A stretch of DNA of 64,000 nt from Alphaproteobacteria bacterium (GTDB lineage Bacteria; Pseudomonadota; Alphaproteobacteria; SP197): positions 896,001 to 960,000 of the forward strand of contig OZ219747.1 in the NCBI GenBank assembly GCA_964291265.2, written 5' to 3'. Shown in pieces: positions 20,093 through 31,565 of the stretch. Each line of letters starts with the position of its first letter. Position 1 is the first letter of the stretch. Position numbers and translations under genes: made by a program. Below the pieces are notes generated by a model, which saw only the letters and a list, made by a program, of their open reading frames with translations, ran no database searches and was not told where the DNA came from.

Positions 20093-21751
20093 ATGCGCCA
20101 TGCACCCAACGCGCCTGTTCTGGCTCCACGGGGGCCGGAGCTCAACACGAAGGGCTGGCCCCAGGAGACCGCCTATCGGCTGCTGATGAACAACCTGGAG
20201 GTGGCCGAGGACTGGAAACGGCTCATCGTCTACGGCGGTCGCGGCAAGGCGGCGCGCGACTGGGACTCCTATTTTTGCATCGTCGACATGCTCGAGACCC
20301 TGGAAGGCGACGAGACCCTTGTCGTGCAGTCGGGCAAGCCGGTCGCCATTTGGCCGACCCATGAGTGGGCGCCCCGGGTGCTGATCTCGAATTCCATGCT
20401 GGTGCCTCACTGGAGCACGCTCGAGCACTTCAACGAACTCGAGGCGAAGGGTCTCATGATGTACGGGCAGATGACGGCGGGCTCGTGGTGCAACATCGGC
20501 TCCCAGGGCATCGTCCAGGGGACCTACGAGACCTTCGCCACGCTTGCTAGGATGAAGTTCGGCGGCACGCTGGAAGGGCGCGTCACGATCACCGGCGGGC
20601 TCGGCATGTTCAGCGGCATCATGCCGCACTGCATCACGCTCAATGGCGGTGTGAGCATCGGTGTCGAGATCGACCCGGAACGAATAGCCCGCCGCCTCGA
20701 TCTCGGGTTTGTTCACGAGGTCCTGGATGACCCGGACATCGCCTGGCAGAGGGCGAGGGAGTGTGCCGACCGGGGTGAAGCCCGCGCCTTCGCCCTCCAC
20801 GGCAACATGTCCGATGTCCTGAACGGCTACCTCGAGAACGGGGTCCCCTTCGACATCGTGACCGACCAGACGTCGGCCCACGACATGCTCGAAGGTTATG
20901 TTCCCGGTGGCATGACGCTGGCCGAGGCGCTCGACCTGCGCCGGAAGGACCCCGCCACCTACATCGAGCGGGCCCGCGACACGGCGGTCCGCCAGGTCCG
21001 CGCCATGGTCGAGTACCAGAGACGCGGCGCCATGGTGTTCGACTACGGCAACAACATCCGCCAGGAGGCCTACAATCACGGCTGCAAGGATGCCTTCGCC
21101 TTCCCGGGGTTCGTGGAAGCGTTCATCCGGCCCCTGTTCTGCGTGGGACGCGGTCCCTTCCGCTGGATCTGTCTTTCCGGGGAGGAAGGCGACCTGCGCA
21201 AGACAGAGGAAGCGGCCCTTGACGAGTTCGGCGACGACGAGGTGTTCGCCAACTGGGTGCGCCTTGCTTCCCAACACCAGCCCATCGAGGGCCTGCCGGC
21301 GCGCCTCGGCTACCTGGGATACGGACAGCGTGCCCGCTTCGGCCGGATTCTGAACGACATGGTGCGCTCCGGCGAGCTTGCCGGGCCTGTTGCAATGAGC
21401 CGCGACCATCTCGACACCGGTTCCGTGGCTTCGCCGAACCGGGAGACCGAGGGCATGATGGATGGCAGCGATGCGGTGGCCGACTGGCCCATCCTCAACG
21501 CCCTGCTCAACACCGCCTGCGGCGCCACCTACGTGGCGGTCCACAACGGCGGCGGCGTGGGTATCGGCTATGCGACCCACGCCGGACTGGTGGTTCTGGC
21601 TGATGGCACGGACCTCGCCGAACGCAAGATCGAACGCTGTCTCACCGTGGATCCGGGCATGGGGATCGTGCGCCACGCGGACGCCGGCTACGACCTGGCG
21701 AAGGATGCCGCGCGCAGGCACGGTCTGCGCATGCCCATGCTTGAGACCTAG
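20093..21751 (+). CDS. hutU: Urocanate hydratase
   Basis: YGGRGKAARDW, YGQMTAGSW, TDQTSAHD, GRGPFRW, RDHLDTGSVASPNRETE. Confidence 0.95.
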   Translation: MRHAPNAPVLAPRGPELNTKGWPQETAYRLLMNNLEVAEDWKRLIVYGGRGKAARDWDSYFCIVDMLETLEGDETLVVQSGKPVAIWPTHEWAPRVLISNSMLVPHWSTLEHFNELEAKGLMMYGQMTAGSWCNIGSQGIVQGTYETFATLARMKFGGTLEGRVTITGGLGMFSGIMPHCITLNGGVSIGVEIDPERIARRLDLGFVHEVLDDPDIAWQRARECADRGEARAFALHGNMSDVLNGYLENGVPFDIVTDQTSAHDMLEGYVPGGMTLAEALDLRRKDPATYIERARDTAVRQVRAMVEYQRRGAMVFDYGNNIRQEAYNHGCKDAFAFPGFVEAFIRPLFCVGRGPFRWICLSGEEGDLRKTEEAALDEFGDDEVFANWVRLASQHQPIEGLPARLGYLGYGQRARFGRILNDMVRSGELAGPVAMSRDHLDTGSVASPNRETEGMMDGSDAVADWPILNALLNTACGATYVAVHNGGGVGIGYATHAGLVVLADGTDLAERKIERCLTVDPGMGIVRHADAGYDLAKDAARRHGLRMPMLET

Positions 21752-21799
21752 CCCGGTTCCGTCACCCAAGGGCGCCCCTCCACATTCGTTCGTAAGCCC

Positions 21800-21809
21800 A
21801 CACCACGGG
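21800..21809. other. Putative attachment core at the integrase-proximal end of tandem-integrase element copy 1
   Basis: ACACCACGGG is 9/10 identical to the core duplicated at 40295 and 57026; identity to copy 2 begins here. Confidence 0.6.
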
Positions 21810-21929
21810 ACGCACCTGTGGTGCTAAACAACTGAACTAACGCCGTATTTTCTCTCTCGATCCTGCAACTGCGGGCGATTGCGCGAACGGAATCTCCCGT
21901 TCCTGCAACTCGCATTCGAGGGAGACTCC

Positions 21930-23057
21930 ATGGCTGCAAAACATCTCACCGAGAGCCGCATCAAGGCCCTTCGTCCTCGCAGGACTGCCCGGGACACCCG
22001 TGACGCCCATCTCAAGGGATTCGGCATCCGTGTCTACCCATCGGGGCGCAAGCGCTACTTCATCCATACCCAGCATGATGGACAGAGGATCTGGAAGATC
22101 GTCGGTGACGCTGCCGGGATCGGTCTCGCCGAGGCCAGACAACGCGCACAAGCCATGCTGACCGCCATCAGAAGCGACGCTCCCGCTTCATCCGACGAAA
22201 CCCTGTTCGAAACGGTCGCCGAGGAGGTCTTTCGCCGGTACGGGCGAACATGGAAGTCCAGCACACTCGAGGTCAACCGGAACTACTACCGCAATCAGAT
22301 CCTGCCGTGGTTCCGTGGACGCCAGATCGCGGAGATCGTGCGCGGCGACGTTCAGGAGTGGTTCGCCTCCCTGCACGCGACGCCGGTCGCGGCCGACCGG
22401 TCGGCTCCGGTTCTCTCCGTCATCATGGCCCGTGCCGAGGACTACGGATACCGGCCTGAAGGCAGCAATCCGTGCCGGAGCATCAGGCGTTATCGACGGC
22501 AGGGACGGGAACGTTTCTGTTGCGTGGAGGAGGTCCGCCGGCTCGGGCGCGTGCTGCAGGACCATGAAGCGCACTTCCCGGCACAGGTAGCGATCATCCG
22601 CCTCCTGCTCCTCACCGGGTGCCGAAGCCAGGAGATCCTGTCGCTGCGCTGGGCGGACTACCGCGAGGGTCATCTCCATCTCGCGGATTCCAAGACGGGG
22701 CCACGCATGGTCTGGCTGTCGGCTCCCGCCCGGAAGATCCTGACAACGTTGCCTCGTCGTTCGCCTTGGATGTTTCCATCGCCAAGGACCACCGCCAGGT
22801 CCATCTCGCAAGGCGCCATCGGATACTTCTGGATGCGTGTGCGCTCCGCAGCGGGCCTGGAGGATGTGCGCCTTCACGACCTGCGTCACACCTACGCCTC
22901 CCTTGCCGTCATGCACGGAGAGAACATTCTCACCGTCGGTCGACTGCTCGGTCACAACGATCCCGCCACCACTCTCAAGTACACGCATCTCGCCGACGGC
23001 ATGATGGCTGAAGCGGCAGAGGCCGTGGGCTCCGTTCTCGGAAGGACTGACGCATGA
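21930..23057 (+). CDS. Tyrosine recombinase/integrase A (copy 1)
   Basis: Arm-binding N-terminus (GFGIRVYPSGRKRY), LLTGCRSQEI, HDLRHTYAS, LLGH, Y; ATG 21930 after GGGAG. Confidence 0.92.
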   Translation: MAAKHLTESRIKALRPRRTARDTRDAHLKGFGIRVYPSGRKRYFIHTQHDGQRIWKIVGDAAGIGLAEARQRAQAMLTAIRSDAPASSDETLFETVAEEVFRRYGRTWKSSTLEVNRNYYRNQILPWFRGRQIAEIVRGDVQEWFASLHATPVAADRSAPVLSVIMARAEDYGYRPEGSNPCRSIRRYRRQGRERFCCVEEVRRLGRVLQDHEAHFPAQVAIIRLLLLTGCRSQEILSLRWADYREGHLHLADSKTGPRMVWLSAPARKILTTLPRRSPWMFPSPRTTARSISQGAIGYFWMRVRSAAGLEDVRLHDLRHTYASLAVMHGENILTVGRLLGHNDPATTLKYTHLADGMMAEAAEAVGSVLGRTDA

Positions 23058-24193
23058 ACCGCAGGAAGAAGCTGACAGATACCCTCGTGCGCAACCTCAA
23101 GCCGCGACCCCGGGAGTACACGCTTCGCGATACCTTCGTTCCCTCTCTCGGGGTTCGCGTCCACCCGTCGGGAGGCCGCGGCTTCGTCCACATCGACGGC
23201 GGAAGAAGGACATCGCTTGGTCCGGTCGCCTTCAAGACGGTCAAGGTGGCCCGCAGGGAGAGCCTCGAAAGACTGGCAGCCGGTCACGACGACAGGACTT
23301 CGGCCCCGTTGTTCAGGGACTTTGCTGTCGGCGCATGGCGCGACTCCTGGATCCATCGGTGCAAGCCCGGGACGATCCAGTGGCGCGACAGGTACCTTCA
23401 ATCCCGCCTGTTGCCGACATTTGGTTCCCGATGCCTGGACCAGATCACACCCGCCATGGTGCACCGCTGGTTCGACGACTACAGCAGAACGGCGCCCGGC
23501 GGGGCCAATTCATGCCTGAAGGTCCTTCGCCACATCCTCAATCACGCCATGGCCTGCGGCCACATCACAGCGAACCCGGCAAGGTCGGTGAAACCCAACC
23601 CGCGCAGGAAGCTCACCCGCTTCCTCTCGCGCGAGGAACTTCATCGGCTGCATGGCGTGCTGGACCGCCACGACAATCTCCAGGGGATCAGTCGATCACG
23701 CCGAATGCAGATCGACATCATCCGGCTTCTCATGCTTACCGGGTGTCGCAAGAACGAGATCGTCCGCCTGCAGAAGCAGGAGGTGCTCGGCGACAGTCTC
23801 CGGCTCCGCAACAGCAAGGTCGGACCGCGTACGGTCGTTCTGAATGCCCCGGCCCGGGCCATCATCGAGCGCCGTCTTCCCGGCGACAGCGCATTTGTCT
23901 TCCCGTCCCCCCGCGATCCCGGACGGGCGCTCAACGACGACCTCCCACTGTGGTACGTCGTCCGCAGGGAGGCCGGCATCGAGGATGTCAGGCTCCATGA
24001 TCTGCGCCATACATTCGCCAGCCATGCCGTCATGCAGGGAACGCCGCTTCCCGTCGTCGCAAGGCTTCTCGGTCACGCGCAGACGACCATGACCCTGCGC
24101 TACGCCCACACGGGTGATCGCGAAACCGAAGTCGCCGCCGAGCGGATCGGAACGGCAATCTCGGACATGCTCGGGTTGGACGCGACTGCCTGA
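23054..24193 (+). CDS. Tyrosine recombinase/integrase B (copy 1)
   Basis: LMLTGCRKNEI, HDLRHTFAS, LLGH..TLRY; coupled to integrase A. Confidence 0.92.
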   Translation: MNRRKKLTDTLVRNLKPRPREYTLRDTFVPSLGVRVHPSGGRGFVHIDGGRRTSLGPVAFKTVKVARRESLERLAAGHDDRTSAPLFRDFAVGAWRDSWIHRCKPGTIQWRDRYLQSRLLPTFGSRCLDQITPAMVHRWFDDYSRTAPGGANSCLKVLRHILNHAMACGHITANPARSVKPNPRRKLTRFLSREELHRLHGVLDRHDNLQGISRSRRMQIDIIRLLMLTGCRKNEIVRLQKQEVLGDSLRLRNSKVGPRTVVLNAPARAIIERRLPGDSAFVFPSPRDPGRALNDDLPLWYVVRREAGIEDVRLHDLRHTFASHAVMQGTPLPVVARLLGHAQTTMTLRYAHTGDRETEVAAERIGTAISDMLGLDATA

Positions 24194-24217
24194 CAATCAT
24201 GGGGTCTGCGCCATCGT

Positions 24218-24345
24218 CAAGTCCGGTCTGCCAGAGACCCGAGCACCCCGAGGACCATGTCAGCTGCTTGCTCAACTTCCATGTCTGTTGAGAATCAACC
24301 GAAACAGAAGCGGATCGATTCATCACACTCCATCGCATCAAGGCC
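24218..24345 (-). pseudogene. 3' remnant of a cysteine desulfurase (IscS/DndA-like)
   Basis: ESIRFCFG*FSTDMEVEQAADMVLGVLGSLADRT; homologous to 54510-54622. Confidence 0.55.
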
Positions 24346-24699
24346 AATGGCAGTTAAGCATATGCGACGGTTAAGCATGAGCAGGACGTGCCGATAACGG
24401 TGCAGCGTGAAGCAGGAATACCGTGCAGTTTCAACCGTGCTCGATTGAAAGACGTCCTGTCAAGACGTCCCAAGAGTCTTTCAGAAGCTTGGTAGTCTTC
24501 CGATCAATGCCTTCGAACTTTCTGAACACTAAACATAGTTTCGCATGAACCCCAACAACTCGTCGATCCACCGGAAGGATCCCTCCACACCACTCAATTG
24601 ACTTTACTTCGGCTTCGTGACATAAAGGCCGGTCTCCGACGCTAGGCAAAACCGTAAACCGTTTACCCTCCACCGTCTGAACCAAGCCAAGGCTCTCTC

Positions 24700-27600
24700 A
24701 TGGACCGCTCTCTCGCCCCCGCCGAAATCATAGAATCGACCATCGAAGACTATTCATCCGGATTGATGGACTGTAGCACTGCCAGAAAAAGGATACGCCA
24801 CACCTTGCTTCAGTTAGCTGAGATGCCGGATGACACGTCTCTTTCCTTCTCCAACATTTTTGAGCGCCTCGCAACGACAACGTCTTTGCCAAGAATCAAG
24901 GAATTCAGCACACTCACTATCCGCCTTGTCTCATGCAACGGCCTACTGCCGGAATCCATCGAGAGGTCGGCCAATCGACACTTGGTGAAACTCATCGAGC
25001 AGGGCAACGATACAATTACCGAGATCTTGCCTGACGGAAAGAAGTCGCTAAACCACGCGCGCCTTGCTGCCTACGCAAGATTCCACTCCGATGCGTGCCA
25101 GAGCCTGCAGATCCTGATTCAACCGATCTCGGGACTTCACGATCTAGTCGGCCGCCGCCAGTCCCTTATGCAGACGTTGAACCACGGCCATCTCAAGTCG
25201 TATCTCAACCCTCTCGGATTTCAGGCCCCAATCACGTCAGTCAACAGCATTCTCAAGCTTGTCGATCAAACCGATAAATCACATGGCAGAGAGCTTCAGA
25301 CCAACCTGCAAAATTTGTTGGAAACAGTAAGTGAGGAAATTGACCAACTCGAACTCAACCCAGTTTTTTTGTTAGACACTTTATTCTGCCTTTTCTGCGT
25401 AATGTTCAAATGGCAATCGACTTGCATCGATCTAACATGGCAGAAAAATTCGATTGCGTCATTGCTCCACCCGCCCACCTTTACGAGATACCAAAGAAAT
25501 ATCCCTTGCATGTTGTCAATAAGCCGTTCGAGCTCCACATCCCCCTGGAGAAAACAGGACCAGGCGTGGCCCTCAACGTACGCGCTTGCTGTATCGCGGA
25601 CAATTGCGAGGTCCTTACTGACGATACCAATCTCGGGGACATCGACTCAGACTCATTCATCCTGACACTACATCTCTCTCTCGATGCTCCCACCGACGGC
25701 TTGGAGGTTGATGTCAGCATCGAATGGGACGTTCTCGGCAAAACTGCGACCCGAACCTGCGATTTCACCTTACGCGTTCTGGCCCAGCGGACAGACCTCG
25801 ACTGGAAGGCGCTGTCCCAAATGCAACCATACCGTCTAGAGGTTGCCCATGACGAGCACTTCTACGGCCGCCGAGACGCCCTACGTAGATTGATGCACAG
25901 CTTGGATCCCCACTCCATGCAGTCCTGCTACATCACGGGCCAGAAACGGGTCGGCAAGAGTTCCCTAGCCCGTGCAGTCGAGGCAGGGATAAAGAACGCT
26001 CCGCACGATGGCGCGTATGAGTATGATGTCCTTTACTTGGAGTGCGGTGAAATCCGCCACGCCACCGGACCAGATACACTCCAGGAGCTCGGACAGCGAC
26101 TGGAGGTTTTCCTGTCAAATTTGTTGCCACGCCACGTCGAATGGGCTAATCAAAACTACTCTTCATCGCTAGTACCCCTCAATCGTCTCCTTCTTTCTCT
26201 GAACCGCGAAGTACCCGATGTCCGCGCGGTCGTCATTCTCGACGAATTCGACGAAATAAACGAAGACTTGTATCGCTATGGGGAACTAGCCAATACGTTC
26301 TTTTTAAATCTGCGCACCTTGTCCTCGAAATCAAACATTGCGTTCATTTTAGTAGGTGCAGAAAAAATGCCTTATGTAATGTCGTCGCAAGGTGATAAAT
26401 TAAACCGCTTTGCGCGCGAATCCCTTGACAGCTTTGATATGTCGTCGGAATGGACTGATTATCGTGACTTGGTTGAAAAACCTATCGCATCCAGTATCAA
26501 AGTGCATGAGGCCGCCATTCGCAAGCTTTTCGAATTGACCAATGGACACCCATATTTCACAAAAGTTCTGTGCAATGCCTTGTACGAACGAGCAGTCCAG
26601 CACAACGATGCCGAGATCTCCCGTGCCGAGGTGGACAAAGCCGCGGAACGCATAATAGACGGGATCGACATCAACTCTTTCGCCCACTACTGGCGCGACG
26701 GCATAAGAGGCGGTGCAACCGACGTGGAAATCGTATCTTTGAACCGCTGTCGCCTCCTTGTTGCCTGGGCGAGAGCTGCAAGAGCAGGATTATCTCCTAC
26801 TCACGAAAACATTTCGAGGAACCTTTACTCAAGCCAATTGCCAACCGGCGATGTGCTGCCTCTGCTAGATGACTTCTGCCGACGCAACGTGCTTCGACAG
26901 AAGGACGATGCCTACTGTCCAACCGTCAGCCTGTTTGCAGACTGGTTGCGCGAGGGCGGATTTTCCAAACTGGTTAGCGACCAGCTCGGCGACGAACTGG
27001 CAGCCGCAAAACAAAGCCGCGAAGACAAGGCGTATGTCCATGCGCATGAGATCAAAACATTGGTCGATCGCTGGGATTTGTATCAAGGCCGTCAGATTAC
27101 TTCTGATGACGTAAGAGCCTGGTTCGAACAGGTGGACAGCAATGTGGATCGGCGAATACTGTTCAAGATACTTCAAAATGTAAGATTTCTGCGGGAACTT
27201 GAAATCAGAGAAAAACTTGCACAGGCACATCGGCGAATCCGTTCGAAGCTGCCTGACTTCGTAAAACGGTCCCGGGCGCAGCGGCGTGACGATATTTTTG
27301 TTACATATGGCGATAACCTCGGAAAAAGCGGTGCTCACTATGCAAGCATGTATGCAGCCGTGAATGAAATCGCCACCTCCAATATCGTGATACCAGGGGA
27401 AGTCGTGTCTGCCGTAAGCTCGGTAAAGTTAAACAAACAAGTTGGTGTCGTCCTGGTCGATGACATGCTTGGCACCGGCAACAATATGATCGAGAGACTG
27501 TCCAACCTGAGCGATACCTTTCAGGACGGCGGGATTGGGACGAAGGTTCCCTTGTCGGTAGTGGTCTTGTGCGGAACGTCGAACGGCGAGGCCGCTGTGA

Positions 27601-27905
27601 GAGCTCTTTTGGAACGTGAGATGGAGAACGCCGATCTGGAAGTTTGCGAGACCATCGGTGAGGATAGCTTTGCGTTCCCGGATGGGCTCGGATTCTGGGA
27701 GTCCAATGAGGAAAAGAGCACGGCCAAAACTCTAGCGCGCAACCTTGGGGCGCGCGTTCAAAAAAGAGCCCCCCTAGGATACGGAGAACAAGGCCTACTA
27801 GTGACTTTTTCACGAAATTGTCCCAACAATTCACTGCCAATTCTTCACGGCACAGGTAGGGGTGAGACAAACTGGCATCCAATTTTTCCTCGTCAGATTT
27901 CATAG
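24700..27905 (+). CDS. Large defence-type protein: helical N-terminus, STAND/AAA ATPase, C-terminal PRTase-like domain; split by one frameshift near 25360
   Basis: Walker A GQKRVGKSS, Walker B VILDEFDE, TNGHPY; VLVDDMLGTG and LGYG..CPNNSLPIL; low GC; ORFs 24700-25665 and 25410-27905 join as ..ELNPSFFVRHFILPFL.. Confidence 0.75.
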
Positions 27906-28588
27906 GGCAAGACCGTTTGCGCTTTTGCGGTATGTATCTGTCAGGGCGAGGGAGCGATTCTCATACGGGGTAATTTTGTTTAATGTTTCCCAAGTGTTTC
28001 ATCATATGGACCATGCCGCCGTCCTTCCCGGAAACATCTATGTAAGTGCCTCATAAATGGCTTTTTTACAGTCATCGGAACACCTTTGAACCAATAGTGA
28101 TGATGAAACGTAGCCGTGATAGCAACCACCGGTATGGGTCAAATTAAGTCCGAATATGCGTCCAATTCCTGAATTTTGATACAGCACTCAGAACAACGTG
28201 GGCAGATACTCGGCAGAGTGCGTACGTTCCAAGTACATAAGAGGTACTAACGATGAACATGTTACCCCGTATGAGAACCACACCCCAGGGCGATCTGCTG
28301 AGATACTGCCGAAGTCGTTCAATCCTGGTTGCGCTTACAGTCGATGTGGATGGTCCTGACGAACACCTTGGCGAGGTCTTCGGGTGTGTCTTCGGCAAAC
28401 TCTACCTCTTCCTTGAACACGGCTTTCGACGGCTGATAGATTGACTTAACAAGTGTAACTCGTAATGGCTCTTTGCGTTTTTGGTTAGTCACGGAGGCTC
28501 TCCGTTGCTGCGGTTGTAGTGAGTGGGACTACATGCTCGGCGGAATCAACCCGCGATTTAGATGTCGCTCTTCTTGTTGGTCATGGCA

Positions 28589-29457
28589 TTACCTCTGGCG
28601 AATATGCCCAAGTGTTGCTATACGCTCATCAACGGTCAGCCGGGTTGCGTCAAGCATGGATCGAATGGCGTTCAGGAGGTGCTCAAGCACATCCACGTAG
28701 ATAGGGTTTGTTGCGGTACCGGTTTTTTCCGGCGCTGCTTGCGGAGAACATAGATGTTATCGATGTCGGTGGTTTCGATGTCCACGTCCTTGCTGACATC
28801 GTAGGTCTCCGTCACCAAGAAAAACAAGCAGTACGGATTGCCTGTCTTAATCTTTGTTGCCGTGGCAACACTGCCTTCGTACATCGTCTTGTCGAGATAC
28901 GTCTTGCACTCAATGCAGACAATAGGGATTGAGATTCGGTGTGCCCCGCCAGTGCTACTGGTCAGCATTTCTTCTTTATAGATGCCAACGTCTTGATCTT
29001 TGACGTTCAGTTTAATCTCGACCCCTTCCTTGAAAGCCGCCTTGTCGGTGTAGGAGAAATACAAGCTGCTGTAAGCTGACACGGAGCCGTACTGCAGCAC
29101 GTCATTCCCAAACTCGTGTTTCAATATCCTGCAAAGGAACTCCTCAATAATCGTGGGGGCAAATTTCGATTGAGATGAGTAAACATTGTGCTCTTCTACG
29201 TAGTCCTTGTAACGATTCAGCGCGTCAACGGCGACTTTCAACCATTGGCGACTTCCATTCGGTTTCGCCGATGCCCGCTGAGCATCACCGATTTCCCCAG
29301 TAATGCCGCCTATGGCGTCGCTAAAACTCATGTACTCACCAATGAAATTGCTAATCCGCGGGTCCTCCTGCTTGCGTAGGATGTTGCTGGCATGACGTCC
29401 ACCAGCCTTCTTGATGCCCTCCAGATAGTCGATTTGTGCGCGGTCTAAATAAGACAT
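28589..29457 (-). CDS. Bpu10I-like type II restriction endonuclease, frameshifted near the 3' end
   Basis: DQDVGI..IECKTYLDKTMYEG; true tail ..NPIYVDVLEHLLNAIRSML.. lies in another frame after an A6 run at ~28725. Confidence 0.75.
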
Positions 29458-30332
29458 CTCTTGATCCTGTCTCGCGCGACTCTGTTGTACTTGGCTGACA
29501 AATCAATCCCGAGATACCGCCTGTTGTTCTGATGCGCAAGAAGAGTCGTGGTCCCCACGCCGTTGAATGGGTCCAGCACAACATCCCCGCGGAAACTGAA
29601 CAACTGGATTACTCGTCTTGCCAGCTCTTCGGGGAAGACGGAGGGGTGATCAAACTCCTTCATGCGCCTTTCTGGTGCGATCGACCACTTGGCATAGACC
29701 CATTTCTTGAAGTCGTCTCCTGATATATCGGCATTTTCTGCGCAGCCTTTTTTCTTAACGGATCCCTTGCAGAAAACCTCGACAAATTCCCATGTGTATT
29801 TGAGGTAGGGACTAGAAGGACTTTTCCAGCTACCCCAAGCAGTATATTTGCAGTTGTAGTTGTTCTTCTCCCACAGTATCTCCCCCTTCCAAATCAGCCC
29901 TCTGTCAAACAGATGGTGGGAGATTACATGGTGACTGGGGATGTAATCGGAGAAAAGCGGCTGCACATTGATGATTAGCCGCCCACCGTGTTTGAGGACA
30001 CGAATGCACTCATCGAGGATGCTGAACAACTGTGCAAAAAAATCCTTCCAAACGACTGTGTCGTCCTCCGCCTCGTAGTCCAGACCAAAGTTGTAGGGCG
30101 GCGAGGTAAACACTAAGTCGATGCAGTTGTCCGGTAGTTTCTTGAGTACGACAAGACTATCCGCCGTAATGATCTTGTTCTGGAACTTCTCAGGTAGTGG
30201 ATTGATCTCCGACGTAAACACATTGGCGTAGTGGTGCTTGCCTCTTTTCGTTTCCTTTTCCTTCCGACCGGTGACCTTTCTTTCTTTGTTTAGTTCGGCA
30301 TGTCTCGGGAAAGGTACTCCGACAGGAGCCAT
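29445..30332 (-). CDS. N4-cytosine/N6-adenine DNA methyltransferase (beta class)
   Basis: FTSPPYN before VLDPFNGVGTT; overlaps the REase start. Confidence 0.9.
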   Translation of the reverse strand: MAPVGVPFPRHAELNKERKVTGRKEKETKRGKHHYANVFTSEINPLPEKFQNKIITADSLVVLKKLPDNCIDLVFTSPPYNFGLDYEAEDDTVVWKDFFAQLFSILDECIRVLKHGGRLIINVQPLFSDYIPSHHVISHHLFDRGLIWKGEILWEKNNYNCKYTAWGSWKSPSSPYLKYTWEFVEVFCKGSVKKKGCAENADISGDDFKKWVYAKWSIAPERRMKEFDHPSVFPEELARRVIQLFSFRGDVVLDPFNGVGTTTLLAHQNNRRYLGIDLSAKYNRVARDRIKRCLI

Positions 30333-31165
30333 TACAATCGCGCTCCGTTGTCGAGACCGTTTAATGCGATCAAGTCCTCATACCGGACACGCTTGCCCTC
30401 CATGCCGGATGCAACCGTGGCCATGATGTTGACGGTGTGTTTCTCGCGCAGGTTGTGCTTGACCGCGAACACCTGAACGTAACGGTCCAGGTGCTTCGCG
30501 GACAACTTGTGGCATGTGCCTTTGTGCGCCCTCTTGAGCATCGCCCAGAAGGAGTCGATGTCGTTCGTATATGCCTGCCCCCGGACGTATTCGGAGACGT
30601 CATGCTCGGCCGCCTCATGGCCGAAGGTCTGGGTTAGTCCAATATAGGCACTGGCGTCGTCCGTGTAGACCATCGCCCCCTTCTCCAAGTTATCACGCAC
30701 GAAACCTAGCAACGTCTTGGCGGCGGTGTCATCCACAGCTTTGGCCGTGACCTTGTTGGTGTCTCGGTCCTTCGTGTCCACCACGGCAGTCTTGACGACT
30801 GCGCCACGGCCCGTGAGCTGCTTGCGCTTGCTCTTTGGCATGTTCTTGCGGATACCGCCTACATAGGTTTCGTTGACCTCAACCGGCCCGGAGAACAGCG
30901 GGTTCTTGCTGCCATAGGCGGTGCGGAGCCGGTGCATAAGGTGCCATGCCGACTTCTGCCTGATCTCCAAGTCGCGGTGCAACTTCATCGAAGACACAGA
31001 CTTGAAGCACGTCATCGAGAGATAGATGGCTTTGGCCCAAGTCTGATAGCCGAGGTTGCTGACTTCCATGACCGTGCGGGTCTTGGCCGAGAACCGCTTG
31101 CCGTATTATACTTCTCGCGGCACCGGAAGCGCATGGTCTTGTGCTTCGCACCCGACTGGACGTTC
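30332..31165 (-). pseudogene. IS1595 family transposase, 5' truncated and degenerate
   Basis: SSMKLHRDL, GPVEVNETYVGG, YTDDA, TNDIDSFWAMLKR, KHLDRYV. Confidence 0.85.
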
Positions 31166-31565
31166 CCCCTTGATGGCTGTCATAGCAAAGGAGTGTCGAC
31201 TGAAAAGGCCCTGTAGGCTGAGCGAAAGCCTCGTCGTGGGCATTGCGGCCTTCGCGCCAGCGCGAGACGGTCATGAACCCTCCCCGGCCTCGACGGCTAT
31301 GATCGCCGCCAGCACTTGCCAGACGTTCCCCCGGCGGCATGGCCTCGTAGCGCCGGCCCCAGTTGGCCGCCTTGCGCTTGATGCGCTGGCGGGCGGTGAA
31401 GTTCCGCCCCGCGTAGCGCGACCAGTGCACCCGGTCGGGAGCAAAGTTGAACCATACCACCTCGGTCCGCACCTGGGCCGTAAGCGTTCGGCCGTTCGGT
31501 GATGGCTGATTTTGGTTGGTTTGGGTCTTGCTGACTATCGTCTGAGAAAGTGCTGGTAAACTCGT

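Noticed and set aside
19979-21769. 596-aa minus-strand ORF
   Set aside because: Antisense shadow of hutU
21750-21800. tRNA or other RNA gene as integration target after hutU
   Set aside because: No cloverleaf, T-loop or CCA end is visible
27906-28588. Possible second REase subunit or extra defence gene
   Set aside because: Only short stop-riddled frames (e.g. VKSIYQPSKAVFKEEVEFAED); no recognisable motif
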